Notes: generated by a model from the letters alone, not told the origin. 64,000 nucleotides of DNA from Octopus bimaculoides (GCF_001194135.2 NC_069002.1:24676501-24740500), one strand, 5' to 3'; shown: positions 1-13,342, numbered from the stretch's first letter. Translations and numbers: made by a program.

Positions 1-59
1 ACAGGTTTTCGTTAAATGCCCGTGAAACTTTTAGTAGCATAGAGCCGTATCAAATCGTT

Positions 60-62
60 TTA

Positions 63-117
<55 letters not shown>

Positions 118-163
118 TTAATAATAATAATAGCAAATACATATATATATGTGTGTGTGTGTG

Positions 164-211
<48 letters not shown>
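60..211. repeat. Compound microsatellite (AAT)n followed by (GT)n
   Basis: Direct reading of the sequence; it explains the spurious 50..280 ORF. Confidence 0.97.
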
Positions 212-213
<2 letters not shown>

Positions 214-281
214 GGTGGTTGATAATACATGGTTTTAAATTTAGTAACAATGTTTTGTAAAAAATGTCTTTGCTTTTCAAC

Positions 282-2215
282 TGTAAAGATAAAAAAGTTT
301 AGGTGAGATTAAAGATCCGAGGGTAAATTCGGAAAAGCATACTTAAAAAGTCAAATGATCCAACAGGTTCCAATATTTTATGTTTCACAGAGATTGACTA
401 TCACCCAAATACAAATGCTCAATGAATTTCGTAGCAGTCGTACATAGCTGCAAGTCCAATATAATTGAATTGTATTAACAATTAGATACAATGAAACTTT
501 AAAAGAGTCAGAAAAAACGAAAGTAAAAAGATTTTTTGTACAATATCTCTCGTAATGCATAAGGAAGGATTTTTCGTCGCAAGACTTTTGGCGTGAGCTT
601 GAGCTGTTTTAAGCTGTAATTGATTTATTTATATAGGCTTTTAAGATAGAGGTTCGAGTTCTGATTGGTCGTAAATTTACTGACGTCACTTGTGTTTGCC
701 CGCCTGTGGTCTAGTATTTTGGCTATCTGACTGTATGAGAATGTTACTTGTTTTCCGGATGTTTTGGTCACACATTTCGGTATGGCAGAAGTCAGAGTTT
801 GTTGACTTCTTGGCCATGTCATTTGTTTATCGACTGTTTTGATCACTAGTTTTTTGGTTGATGGAGATTTCACTGCTCTGGTTGGTTGATTTTCTCCATA
901 CGTCATTTTTATCAAAGGTCTTGGTAACTTGTTTGTGTTTGACGGTCGACTGATTCCCAAAGAAGCCACTGGTTTCGGTCAGCTGAATGTTTATTTTTTC
1001 TCTTGGAGGTCCGACTTTGACCAGGAAAGTGTCATTGGTTAGGTTTAGAGTGACGTTAGTAATTTGTGTTTGAGAAGGTGCAAGGTTTGAGTAGTTTTAA
1101 GTTAGTGTTTCGACTCCCAGAGACAGCCTGTTACTTTAACTTTTGACTTATGTCTGGTGTTTCTTGACGTTTTACCTGAATAAACCGAGTTTACTCATTC
1201 GGGTGTTTTGTTATAAAGTATTTAGTTATGGTTTACATTTATTGATAAAGGTGTTTACCTTATTCAATCGGAAATGGGCTGAAGTGTTTCCGGTGAGTTG
1301 ACAGAGACAGAAAATCAGATATTTTGGATGCTTGTTCGTGAGTACAGATCCAGGTGTTAATTTATAGGCATTTCCTTGGTTATGGGGGTCCGAAATCTGT
1401 TGCCTGTGTACTGTCATTCTGTCCCTCAAAGCCAAACTCGTTTGACCGATGTAATCCCCACCACATCCACCACATTTGAGAACATAAATTCCTTGATACA
1501 CAGATGAAATTATTTTTTATGGTGTATGTTACCCTAACTTGAATTCCTTTGTTGAACCTTCCATAGTTTTGATGCAGGTTCTACAATTATGGCGACTACA
1601 TTTTTTTAATATTAGAGTTGTACTTTTACTGGGTAATTTGGCGCTAGTACGTCGCCTTTGTAGGAATTTAGGTTGTCTTTTACTTTAATAATTCTATGTG
1701 TTTCGAGTGTCTTTTTCAGTTGCTAGTCGTTCATCAAAAGTTGTATATTCTGATGGATGATGTTGTATACCTCCCTGTTTCTTGGACACATAAGGTAAAA
1801 TGTTTAGTTTAACGGGGTTGGGGTCTTGTTTTTCGTAATTCTTGGATCTCTATCGTTTTTGCACATCCTGCTCCATTATTGATTAAACTGACCGAATTTT
1901 TTCTTTCGAGTAACGTATTTTTAAGTTCTTCGAGTCTTTTTTCCCGGATGTCGAGATTGGGCAGACTTGTGCGAATTCTTCTTCCAAAGTTAAGCAGTAT
2001 ATTGATTTTAGTGCGTTTTGGATGGTAGGCAGAGAAGAGTAGATATTGTTGTGAATCTGTTGGTTACGTAGATGTCGGTTTCTATGTTACTGTCTCATTT
2101 GGGTGTGCAAAAAGGGTGTCTGTTTTTCACTCTATTCCATCAGAGCTTCGATACTGTTAAGTTGTCTTCTTCAATTTCTGTTAAATCTTTTACGAAACTG
2201 TTGGATGAAAGTAGT
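282..2215 (-). mobile_element. Penelope-like retroelement remnant: RT thumb, GIY-YIG endonuclease and long 3' UTR/pseudo-LTR
   Basis: Minus-strand translation at about 2100-1960 gives ETDIY/PTDSQQYLLFSAYHPKRTKINILLNFGRRIRT (PLE RT thumb, frameshifted). ORF 1226..1501 gives GIYVLKCGGCGGDYIGQTSLALRDRMTVH (GIY-YIG). The 5' end is cut by a SINE at about 2220. Inclusion of 282-1225 as pLTR is inferred. Confidence 0.85.
628..688 (-). promoter_or_regulatory. Pol II core-promoter-like cluster: CRE (TGACGTCA), CCAAT box, TATA box
   Basis: TGACGTCA at 681-688, CCAATCAG on the minus strand at 668-661 and TATATAAA on the minus strand at 635-628, in canonical order and spacing, downstream of the Penelope ORF. 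Confidence 0.55.
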
Positions 2216-2219
2216 AGGT

Positions 2220-2385
2220 CACTTCGTTATTTTGCGTTTTGAGTTCAAATTTGACCGAGGTTCACTTTACTTTTCGTCCTTACAGAGTCGATGAAAATAC
2301 CAGTTGAACATTAAGGACGTTGTAATTGACTAGTCATCTCCATTAAAAAAAAATTGTGGCCTTGTGCCCATAGTAAAAAGGATTA
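2220..2385 (+). mobile_element. tRNA-derived SINE, 5'-truncated (family with GAGTTCAAAT..GCCGAGGTCGACTT core)
   Basis: gagttcaaatttgaccgaggttcactttac...accagttg...ggccttgtgcc aligns with the copies at 19553, 25665 and 31932. Confidence 0.75.
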
Positions 2386-2498
2386 CACATAAGTGTGTGT
2401 ATACATATACACGCACACACGCACATGCCCACACATACACACCACACACACATATGCACATATATACATATACACACACATATGTTTATGTATGTATA

Positions 2499-2535
<37 letters not shown>

Positions 2536-3419
2536 ATATATATTAATGTGTGATAATATCACAAGGGACACAAATACTATTAAAATATATTGAGACCTAA
2601 AATATAGCGTGAAATATCTATATTTAGAGTAATTCTATACGTTTATAAATCACTTTATTTCACCATAAATGGTTAATTCATATTTTTAATGATTACAAAA
2701 TATCACAATCAGACGTAAAAGCAATAGAAGTGGCATGGAATAATATTGCAAATCGTTTTACTAGAGAAATAATGTAACATTATAATAAGGTCAGACGGGG
2801 CTTCAGGAAAATTCCAGTAACCATAAAATACAATAAAAATTTACAAAAAAAATCAGAGACAAATAAAAAAAACTTTAATATGAAATCATTAAAAATAACT
2901 TTAGGAATATATATGAAGAGATAATGAACGGTAAAATTGATTACCTAAAGTAGAGGTTGATATGCATGCAAGAGGAATATTAAGAATGTAGGCGGAAAAT
3001 TTTTACTGCGTATGTATGAATGTATAAGTTTATGTTGACTTTCTACACATATATATATATATGCTCATATATGTATAGGCTAGTTGTCATACATATGAAC
3101 ACGAATATATATATATATATATATANNNNNNNNNNNNNNNNNNNNNNNNNNNNNNNNNNNNNNNNNNNNNNNNNNNNNNNNNNNNNNNNNNNNNNNNNNN
3201 NNNNNNNNNNNNNTATATATATGCAAATATATATATGCATATCTATGCATATATGCGGACATAGTCACATGAATATATGAATATACGTATATACGTAGGT
3301 ATATATGTATTCTTTTATGTACGATCGTATACTCATTTATAATATAATTTGTATATTATACGCGTGTATGTATGCATATGATATACAATAATGTATGTAT
3401 GAGTATGCATAGAGAGAAT

Positions 3420-3436
3420 GGCTAGATAGGTAGATC

Positions 3437-3496
<60 letters not shown>
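3420..3496. repeat. (GATA)n microsatellite
   Basis: Direct reading. Confidence 0.95.
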
Positions 3497-3504
3497 TGTG
3501 TATG

Positions 3505-3650
3505 TGCCTTTGTGTCTGTGTTTGCCCATCGCTTGACAACAGGTGCTGGTGTGTTTATGTCCCCGTAACTTAGTACTGGAGTCGATTCGTTCGAGTAAAT
3601 TCCTTTAAGGCGGTGCCCCAGCATGGTCGCAGTCTAACGACTGAACTATG
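3505..3650 (+). mobile_element. 3' half of CORE-type SINE (octopus OR/OK-like)
   Basis: cgcttgacaac..gtccccgtaacttag..ggcggtgccccagcatggtcgcagtc matches the copies at 4355, 12337, 31389 and 47925. Confidence 0.8.
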
Positions 3651-4354
3651 TGATGAACCATAGATAAAAAGTTATGTATTAGCGCATATTTTCTTCAATC
3701 GATGACTTTGATTCCTTTAGCTTTGCTTACCTGCCTAGCATTTTTTCAATAGCAACTGTTGAAAATTGTGTCAATACTCGACAATTTATTAAAAAATAGA
3801 TTGTTTTTTCTGAATTGTATTGGCTATCATAGAATACAGAATTTTTTCTAAATAATGTTTCTTCTCCGGCTATATATTTCTAAGTAACATTCACATCGCA
3901 TCAACGCTATCCTATATTTTATCGAAGTTATTTTAATCTCACATTATCTCCGGGTTTTATGGTGGGGGGGAGTTTTCATTATCTCAGATTTTTATGACTT
4001 TTAAAAACTTTATAGTAATCGCTTTATGATTATTTTTTGTTTGTGTATTTTTCTGTTTCTTTTTTGCTTTTTCACTATTTCTCACTTGAACAAATGAAGA
4101 TGTCACGCGGTCCATGATTTCTCGTATAAAACATTTTTAACTGTTTTAACCTTTGTTTTTCGTGCATTCAATATTTGAGATTTAAAATTTTAAAGCATTT
4201 ATCTATAAATTTCAAAGCATTTATCTTAAGCATTTCTCTATCTTGTGATGAAATAACGCTACTCTTTGTAAGCTTATTGGCTTATTGTTTAATTATATAG
4301 ACAAACGCAGACGCACACAGAAACACATATCTATGTGTTAATGTGCCACGTTTT

Positions 4355-4754
4355 AAGAATATCTTTTTATCTTTTACTTGTTTCAATCATTAGACTGCGG
4401 CCATGCTGGGGCTCCGCCTTGAAGAATTTTAGTTGAACGAATTGATCTCACTGTTTATTGTTTTTGTAAAGCCTGTTATTTACTTCAAAGGTTTCTTTTG
4501 CCGAAGCGCTAAGTTACTGGGATACAAACACGCCAACACCGGTTGTCAGTCGGTGTTGGAAAGCAAATACATACACAAAGATACATGCACATAGACATAC
4601 ATACATATACGACGGGTTTCTTTCAGTTTCCTTCTTTCAAATCCACTCACATGACTTTAGTCAACCCGAGGCTCTAGTAGCCAAGTAGTAGAACGGAACT
4701 AAGAATCATGTGCTTGGGAAGCAAACTCTTTGCCACACAGCCACACCTGCGCCT
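4355..4754 (-). mobile_element. Near full-length CORE-type tRNA-derived SINE with internal microsatellite
   Basis: Reverse complement starts ggcgcaggtgtggctgtgtggcaaagag (tRNA-like head) and ends gactg..aaacaagtaaaagataaaaag. Co-linear with 12337-12730. Confidence 0.85.
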
Positions 4755-4805
4755 AATTTTATATACTATATATAGACAGACAGAGAAGTAGGCAAATAAA
4801 TAGAT

Positions 4806-4863
<58 letters not shown>

Positions 4864-5490
4864 TGGAATCCAAATGCCCACAGCTATTTAATATCTTGCG
4901 AAAAAAATCCTGAGAGCTCTACATGGAGAGCGAGTAGACGTTTTCAAGAAGCAGCTTTGCTTTCAGCTGTTCAAAATCACAACTGAAATTACACCCAAAG
5001 CCATGTCAATAACTTAGGAGTGAAATTTAGGACTTTTCGGTTTTCTAAGAATCGATTTTGATAAAACTTTTCCCAGCTGCTTTGCACAGTATGGCAACAC
5101 CATTCTTATGCTTCCATTATTCTGTGTAACGTCCTTTCTTTTTTATTTCAGATTATCCAGTTTTTCAGTGAAGTACGCTAATAGCTTTTGAATGAAAATA
5201 GCCCATCTAGACATCTTCTTTTTGGAAAATGAAAAGTAATAATACATATTAAGCATACGTTAAGTAAATATTTAACAGAAAACCAAAATATTATTATAAC
5301 ATTTATTGCCAGAATGAATAATTTAGCCACATGACCGCCATTTGGACGGATAACTTCAAACACCCGATTAGTCATGGAATCTGTCAATTTCTTAATAGTA
5401 GCTGGCTGGACTGTCTCTGCTGCAGCTGTAATGGGCGCCCATAAGACATATGTCTGCCTTGCCTTAATATTTGCTGTCCTGTTTAACAAT

Positions 5491-5530
<40 letters not shown>

Positions 5531-6865
5531 GGGCAAGGGGAGTTAGGTGTGAATATGTTTTCACGCCTGTTTATCAAATCACTCCAAGCTTTTCAATATT
5601 GGTCTAGCGTCATCCTTCATCATTAATATAACAGATTTACTCTATTAAAATGCGGTAATTCAAGATATTTGGAAGCTCCCGGAAATTTCATTAAGACTTA
5701 TTCCGGTGCCATCACCCTCTGTGATTGCTGCAGAAACGATGAACAATATTTTAATCTTGGGAATTAATGGAAAAAGGAATTCGCGTTAATCAGGGAACTT
5801 TCTTTTATCTTTAGGATGATTTGATCGCAAGCTCTTTACTTCGTTTCCTCACTTCCGTTCACTTTTCTCGACAGGGGAGATTCTTAAAATCAATACATTT
5901 ATATTCTTCATTTTATGGACAGCTTATTATAAAACTAAAATAAAAATTGCGAAAACTTGCTTGGCTGAAATATTGATTTCTTTCTTGTCACAAGACTAAG
6001 TTTATGAAGGAAAGGATCAGCCCCAGTTCTTTCGATTCCACTTACCATCTCAGTCCAAAACAGGCAGGCCTGTAACAAAGACATTCACGCCGTGACAACT
6101 CCAGTCTTGTCTCAGATATAGAGCGGCTAATACATAACTATATACTTTATCTATCATTTTTCAAGTTCCCATTTTAGATTTCGATAAATCCCACATTAGT
6201 GCCATGCATCTTGCTTTGTATTATGAAAACTGTACTGAATATTGATTTTCATAAACTGTCTACAATATTCTATATTTTATTTGACGTAAAACTTAGAATA
6301 TTTTGGCGTTGATGTCATTGTAGAAGTATTAATGGCATCATTGAACTGAAATGGTTTCAAGTGGGAATTGTATTAACATCAAGAATTTACAATTCCGGGT
6401 ACTTATATTCGTTTTAGTGACTATTACAGTTTTTTCAAAATACGTAAATATATTTTAGTAGTAAAATCACACTTTATATTTGAACTTATTTTCTTGTTTT
6501 GACAGAAATGTCATTCATTGATGGAAAGAAATGAAGGCATCCACTTTAAAAGACTACTATTTTAAGTAATTTCTTTTACAGAGCAAGCCAACTCCTACTG
6601 GATTTGAACTTCTAGGGGAATGACTGAAATATAAAATATTTAATGCTTTAATCTCTACTTCTATTCGGTGCAGCAAACAAAAAGTTCATGCTTCCACGTC
6701 CGAATATACAGAAACACGTTAAATCTAACTGGTCATAGATTTCATTCAACGCTGTTTAGTGCGCTTGTTCTTAATTCATTCAACCTTCACAATCCTTTTT
6801 GCACATCAGTAAATATATCGTTTGATATTCTAATATAAGAGTGATAAGTTCTTAGTGACCAAGAG

Positions 6866-6894
6866 CTGATGAGGCGTAACGACGCAGAAACGTA
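6866..6894 (+). ncRNA. Degenerate hammerhead-ribozyme core
   Basis: CUGAUGA-G-GCGU-AACG-ACGC-A-GAAAC-GUA. The core and stem II are present, the 10.1-11.1 pair is mismatched and no stem I partner was found. Confidence 0.45.
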
Positions 6895-8174
6895 TATGTG
6901 TTATAGTACAATGACGTCATTCATGTCTATACAGTGTGTTTACACCCATATTTTTTATAAAGAGAATTTCTTCTCTTGAGTCAACTTAAGCAGCATATTT
7001 CCTTTCCATATCCGAATGTACACGAACATATTTAATCGAACTGTACATTATTATAAAACCTCGTTTCTCATGGAAAGTAAGTTCTTGGAAAATGCTCATA
7101 CGCTTCTCTTAGGTATCATATTAGTGTTGTAAACTGAGGGAAATGATTGATTGTGAATTGTCTTTATGTTTTAGACATTCCTGTTGACCAATAAGTCAAG
7201 TACGTAAGCTCATCTACTCAATTTGTAATTCTGTACGTAAAATTAAATTTTCTAAAAAATATAGTCAACGTAGTTTTCAAGTGTAAAGCTAAAATTTGTT
7301 ATATTATGTCAAATATTATTCGAGCCTTCAATCTTTGTGTCTAAACAAGATCGAAACATACGTGTTATACCAGTTTATCAAATGACGTGTATTGTGAGCC
7401 AATGGCGTTGACACAAACTTCAGCTTTTGATTACAGATTCAATACACAATATAATTGCAATCTAAGTTGATTTAAATCAATTAAATTTTGATTGATTTTT
7501 CTCAGCCATCTCTTCCTCCTCCACCTTCAAATCTATCAGCAACTCCACTACCATTACCAACCCTACGACCATCACCACCTGTACCCCTAACACCACCTCC
7601 AAGTCTAGCAACGTCTCCACAGCCATTATCACCTACTCCTTTCTCTAGAAACCAATTATTTATTCATTAATGTCAATTATATCCATCCGAATTACTGATC
7701 ATTTAATTGGATATCATAAATAAGAAAGTTTTTCGTAGTTTCATTTCTATGATATTGATTGTCTTCCACTTTTCAAACTACTTTGATTCGCCTTATTTCA
7801 GCGGGGCTGAGAGCGATTTATAGGTTTCCTAAAAATGTTCATTTAATTTAGTTGTCAGTCATTTGAAGCCAATTATTTAGAAACGTAAACTTAATAAATT
7901 GAAATGAATTGTCTTTGATTCCACTGTGATGTGGCGCCTGTCACCAAAATCATTTTCAAATTGTTTTCCTCACTTTGATGTATGTAAGTACCATACTTTC
8001 AATAGGAGTTGCAGGTTTCATTCATAAACTTACGAATAGTGCGGTAACTTCAGTTCAGTTCAGTCTTAGTGTGAATTGTATTTTCTAAGTTTTCAAAGAC
8101 CTTAGATTTATCTATTTACATCTTCATTAGCAACTCGAGGCATAGTCTTTTTAGATAATAGTTTTACTCTAAAT

Positions 8175-9500
8175 CAGTGGTTCCCAAACTTTTTTGGACT
8201 GCCGCCCCCTCGGCACGAAGGCCACATACCTAGCACCCCTCCCCCAAATTACCATCACAGGCATCAACCTCTTCCAACTGCAAATTCAAAGCAATTCTAT
8301 TTCAAATAAGACTTAACCTAATTAATTCATTGCTTTGTCGTCTTTACAATATGAAAGAATAAATTTACATCCCACCAATAACTATGATGTTTTCGTATTT
8401 ATAATATGATCGTTGTACACTGTACCGAGATATCAGCTTCTCAACATTTGGCAGAAAGGTACTGAGAAATAATTTTAGATCCATGTGTTCAATAATCTTC
8501 CGTCTGTTTCTTTATTTAAAATGAATCTGGGCATCTGCACAGAAGCCCTGCTCTACAAAATATGATGTTGGGAAGGCAATAAAATACATATCGTCTTTGT
8601 TCCACAGTGCAGGGTAGCAGTCAGAAATGTTCTTTTGTAATCAAAAATCTTGATATGAATTTTTTGAACTTTGGCCTCAGCTCAGTGGCATTTTAAAGTG
8701 AAATCAGTTCTTGCTCCGCCATTCTTACTTCCTCATTATAGATATCTAGGAATCACCCAGGCTGGTATTTTAAGCAAAAGTAAATATCCGTGCAGCTCAT
8801 CTAGGTGTGAACAATACACACGAATATCATCTTCTGGTATGTGTTTTTTCTCCTCCAATTCAGAGAGGTTCGGAAACTGGAAGAACTAACGACAGTTTAT
8901 GTTAGATTTGAATAGTTTACTTTGATACGGTTTAACCTCATTTCTTTGCAGTTGCAAACCAACTTCATTGAACTTCGTGAATACATCTGCCATATAGACA
9001 ATAGCACGCCTGATGTTTCTTGCTTCATCGCAATGAACAGAATAGGAGTCATGTAAGAATTCAACAACTATTTTAAAAAGGGAATACAAATTTTCCGGCA
9101 GTTTCCCTTTGACAGACATTGAACTTCTGTGTGCAACAACAAACGTTCACATTCTTTATCATTCTCAGTACAGAGCAGTAGAAACAGTGGGGAATTGTCA
9201 GCATCTGCCTTGGTTTTATTTAGTGCTGTGATATCAGTGCTTCTTGATTTGTAAAGTCTACCACTTAATTTATTTGCAACCAGATATTATCTGTGGATTA
9301 TAGAGGGCGCTGTAAACAGGCTAGGTATATCTCTTTCACTAAACTGATGACGCTGCGATGACATCCTACCATTGATGGTATCCCATCTATTGCTCAAACA
9401 CGAAATACTGACTCCAATTTTGTATCTGTTTCCAGATGTCTTACGAATAATGACTCTTGAACCAAACTTTAATCGTTGACGAAGCAAACATAAGCAACAA
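8175..9500 (-). mobile_element. hAT transposon remnant, Buster/Charlie group (ZBED8/SCAND3-like transposase), right end retained
   Basis: TIR CAGTGGTTCCCAAAC at 8175, flanked by 8-mer ctctaaat (nnnTAnnn). Minus-strand translation with stops and frameshifts gives LCTENDKECERLLLHTEVQCLSKGNC and YFIAFPTSYFVEQGF...DLKLFLSTFLPNVEKLIS, typical of Buster catalytic and dimerization regions. Confidence 0.88.
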
Positions 9501-10124
9501 ATATACTTTTTTATTCCCTGACAATGGGAACTAATCTAACTGTAAGCTAAGTTTGGTTCTTCTAATATATTGCACAATATATCTTAATGTTATAGTATTC
9601 CACAGTTTTAAGCGTTTGTAATACGTATTTTTAGAGGAAAATTTCGTACCTCCACTTCTTCGTTTTAATTTTCAAGTTTAAATCCCGAAAAAAGCAATTA
9701 AAAAGAAACAGAAATTCTGATTCATGTAAGACAGTTATTCTGAAACTCCGACAAAAATAAATTAAATGTCATTTTAAAAACTTCATAATGATAGAGTTTC
9801 TAAAACATAAATTCGAAAAAATTATGATAGTAATCTGTATTTATAATAACTGTTATTTTAATCAATGTATGAATTTGCTGGGTCAGGCCTATTATTTAAA
9901 ACAATTGTACGAAGACATATTCTGATTAATTTTACATTCATAAAATGCATTAAAATAATTTACATTTCTTTACTCAGAACAAATGTCAAAATACCAAATT
10001 ATGGACGATAAGAAAAATGTTATCTTTACCTAAAACTACTTACTGAAGATGATGGTGGGCGAAATACAAAATAGTAGTTTCTAAAAATGCAACTAATTTG
10101 TTTCATGAAAGTAATCACCCTCTC

Positions 10125-10199
<75 letters not shown>

Positions 10200-10744
10200 C
10201 TGTCTGTCTATCTATCTATCTATCTATCTCTTTCACTTTCTCTTTCTCTCCCCCCCCTCTCTGTGAATATGAGTGTATGTGTGTATTTGTGTGTGTGTAG
10301 ATATCCATCACACACATATATTTCTGTATACACATATACACGCATATATGCATAGATACATAAGTATGTACACAATTTGCGTGTGTGTGTGTGTTGTGTG
10401 CGCGTGCGTCTGTCTGTGCGTTCATAGCCTTAACAGATTACTTCACATAATATTCACTGGGGATTTTGGTTTTTAGAATGACGACAGGATTCTTCACCGA
10501 CGCCAAATTTATTTTTATTTAGATACGAAAGAGTGGATAAGCGAAAGAAAAGGGTACATTTAGTAGGACTTACAAGCCTGCAGCAGTTGGGCTCCCTTTA
10601 GGGACCTGCAAAACAGAACCGAACACAGAGATAGATAGATAGATAGATAGATACATACATACATACATACATACATACATAATTGTGTGCGGATCCTCCT
10701 ACACACACATATAGGTATTCATATATTCGTATATATACCCTTTA

Positions 10745-10877
10745 CTCTTTCTCTCTTTTACTTGTTTCAGTCATGTGACTCGCCTTTAGTCGAGAAAATC
10801 GACCCCAGAACTTATTCTTTGTAATTCTAGTACTTATTTTATCGGTCTCTTTTGCCGAACCGCTAGGTTACGGGGAC
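10745..10877 (-). mobile_element. 3' end of CORE-type SINE, truncated by a gap
   Basis: ctttacttgtttcagtca..gaccccag..tagtactta..ttttgccgaaccgctaggttacggggac matches the family tail. Confidence 0.85.
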
Positions 10878-12336
10878 NNNNNNNNNNNNNNNNNNNNNNN
10901 NNNNNNNNNNNNNNNNNNNNNNNNNNNNNNNNNNNNNNNNNNNNNNNNNNNNNNNNNNNNNNNNNNNNNNNNNNNNNNNNNNNNNNNNNNNNNNNNNNNN
11001 NNNNNNNNNNNNNNNNNNNNNNNNNNNNNNNNNNNNNNNNNNNNNNNNNNNNNNNNNNNNNNNNNNNNNNNNNNNNNNNNNNNNNNNNNNNNNNNNNNNN
11101 NNNNNNNNNNNNNNNNNNNNNNNNNNNNNNNNNNNNNNNNNNNNNNNNNNNNNNNNNNNNNNNNNNNNNNNNNNNNNNNNNNNNNNNNNNNNNNNNNNNN
11201 NNNNNNNNNNNNNNNNNNNNNNNNNNNNNNNNNNNNNNNNNNNNNNNNNNNNNNNNNNNNNNNNNNNNNNNNNNNNNNNNNNNNNNNNNNNNNNNNNNNN
11301 NNNNNNNNNNNNNNNNNNNNNNNNNNNNNNNNNNNNNNNNNNNNNNNNNNNNNNNNNNNNNNNNNNNNNNNNNNNNNNNNNNNNNNNNNNNNNNNNNNNN
11401 NNNNNNNNNNNNNNNNNNNNNNNNNNNNNNNNNNNNNNNNNNNNNNNNNNNNNNNNNNNNNNNNNNNNNNNNNNNNNNNNNNNNNNNNNNNNNNNNNNNN
11501 NNNNNNNNNNNNNNNNNNNNNNNNNNNNNNNNNNNNNNNNNNNNNNNNNNNNNNNNNNNNNNNNNNNNNNNNNNNNNNNNNNNNNNNNNNNNNNNNNNNN
11601 NNNNNNNNNNNNNNNNNNNNNNNNNNNNNNNNNNNNNNNNNNNNNNNNNNNNNNNNNNNNNNNNNNNNNNNNNNNNNNNNNNNNNNNNNNNNNNNNNNNN
11701 NNNNNNNNNNNNNNNNNNNNNNNNNNNNNNNNNNATATATATCTTTTAATGTTGTTTTTGTTGTTCAGCATCATATGTTTTCGTCATTCTGGAGAATTCT
11801 CTTGGGAATTTTATGACCAGCTTCGTTTGTAAACTTTGAAGACTTTTTTGTATTTATCTTTGTGCTGTTCTTGCTGAAAATTGGTTTACTTAAAACAACA
11901 TTTTTCAGATCGATTTTTAAGCACTATCTTCTAAACTTGAGTGTACCATTAGAAAAAACAGAGAGGAGCGTCTTCATCCATCGCCTCATTTGGCCACCCA
12001 TTCTCACCCCACTTTTCATCAACGCTCCCTGGATATTTCCCCGGCTTACTTACGGATCCGCTGCACTAAATGAGCTGATATATGTTCCATGCTTTGTCAG
12101 TGTTTATACTTACGAGTCGGGGGATCGGTTGATGGATGTCATAACATAATTACTAGTGTTTCCCACAAGCTGCTGAATAAAGAATACCCTAGTGACGTAG
12201 GAAAGCCTTTGGACACGAAACAGACAAACGGAAGAAAAACAAGGATATTGCAATGCAGAAGACATTAGAAATAGAAGGAGATTCAACAACGGTGGTTTGT
12301 CTATTTAGACTGGGGTGTCTAAAAAGGTGGAATAGA

Positions 12337-12730
12337 GGCGCAGGCGCGGCTAACCACATGGTTTTGAGTTTAGTCCACTCCGTGGCACTTGGGGCAAGTG
12401 TCTACTACCCTAACATTAGGTCGTCAAAAGCCACGTATGTGAATGGATTTAGCAAAGGGAAACTGAAAGAAGCCAGTCGTATTTATATATATTTATTCAT
12501 TTGTGTGTGTCTTTTTGTCTGTGGTTGTACCCCACTAACACTTGACAATCGATGTTGGTTTGTTTAAGTTTCCATTACTTAGCGGTTCTACTAAAGAGAC
12601 CGATAGCATAAATACTAGGCTTTAAAAAAGTCCTGGGGTCGATTTGTTCGACTAAGACCTTCAAAGTGGTGCCCCAACATGGCCGCAGTCAAATGACTGA
12701 AACAACTAGAAGTTAAAAGAAAAGATAAAG
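12337..12730 (+). mobile_element. Full-length CORE-type SINE
   Basis: ggcgcagg head, gtggcacttggggcaagtgtc CORE-like segment, internal GT/TA tract, tail gactgaaacaac..taaaaga. Confidence 0.87.
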
Positions 12731-13059
12731 GATATAGAGCTACAATCACACCATTTGATAGCTCTGGAAGAGGGAGAAACGGAACACATAGTAAAAACAC
12801 TTTTTATTGAGCCGATCTAGAAAGCATCAATACAGATTTAGGTTGAACAACTAAGAGAACTCCACAACTTTGGCCAAGTTCGTTGAGAAACTTAAGGATC
12901 GCAAATTTAAATATACACTAATGTTCTGCAACGTCCTGGTGAAAGAAACTCTCTTTCATACAATAAAGAGTGATGAAGCTCTAAGAGTCATCTTATCATT
13001 GTCAAAGATATACAGTGATGTAAATTTAGTTGGTAATCGAAATTGTTATCCCTCCTATA

Positions 13060-13342
13060 GTGAAGGCACATAACTCAGTTGTTAGAGCATCGGGCTCACA
13101 ATCATGAGGTAGAGAGCTCGGTTCACTCAGCTGTAGAAATGAGTTGCGACGTCACAGGTGCCAAGCTATATCCGCCTTTACCTTTCCCTTGGAAGACATC
13201 GGTGATGTGGAGTGGGGAGGCTGGTATGCATGGACGACTGTTGGTCTTCCACAAACAACCTTGCCCGGACTTGCGCATAGGAGGGTAACTTTCTAGGTGC
13301 AATCCCATGGTCATTCATGACCAAAGCGGGCCTTTACCTTTT
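13060..13342 (+). mobile_element. tRNA-derived SINE (family ending ctaggtgcaatcccatggtcattcatgacc)
   Basis: tRNA-like head gtgaaggcacataactcagt..ggctcacaatcatgagg; a second copy lies on the minus strand at 35135-35450. Confidence 0.8.

Noticed and set aside
6050-6085. 24-nt minus-strand microexon (TTACAG|...ATG|GTAAGT)
   Set aside because: The splice signals look good, but the flank resembles a SINE-tail-type repeat and there is no supporting neighbouring exon; not supportable without RNA data.
7488-7670. Proline-rich exon
   Set aside because: It is best explained as a degenerate (CCA/CCT)n tract like that at 37370-37520; no donor site or homology recognised.
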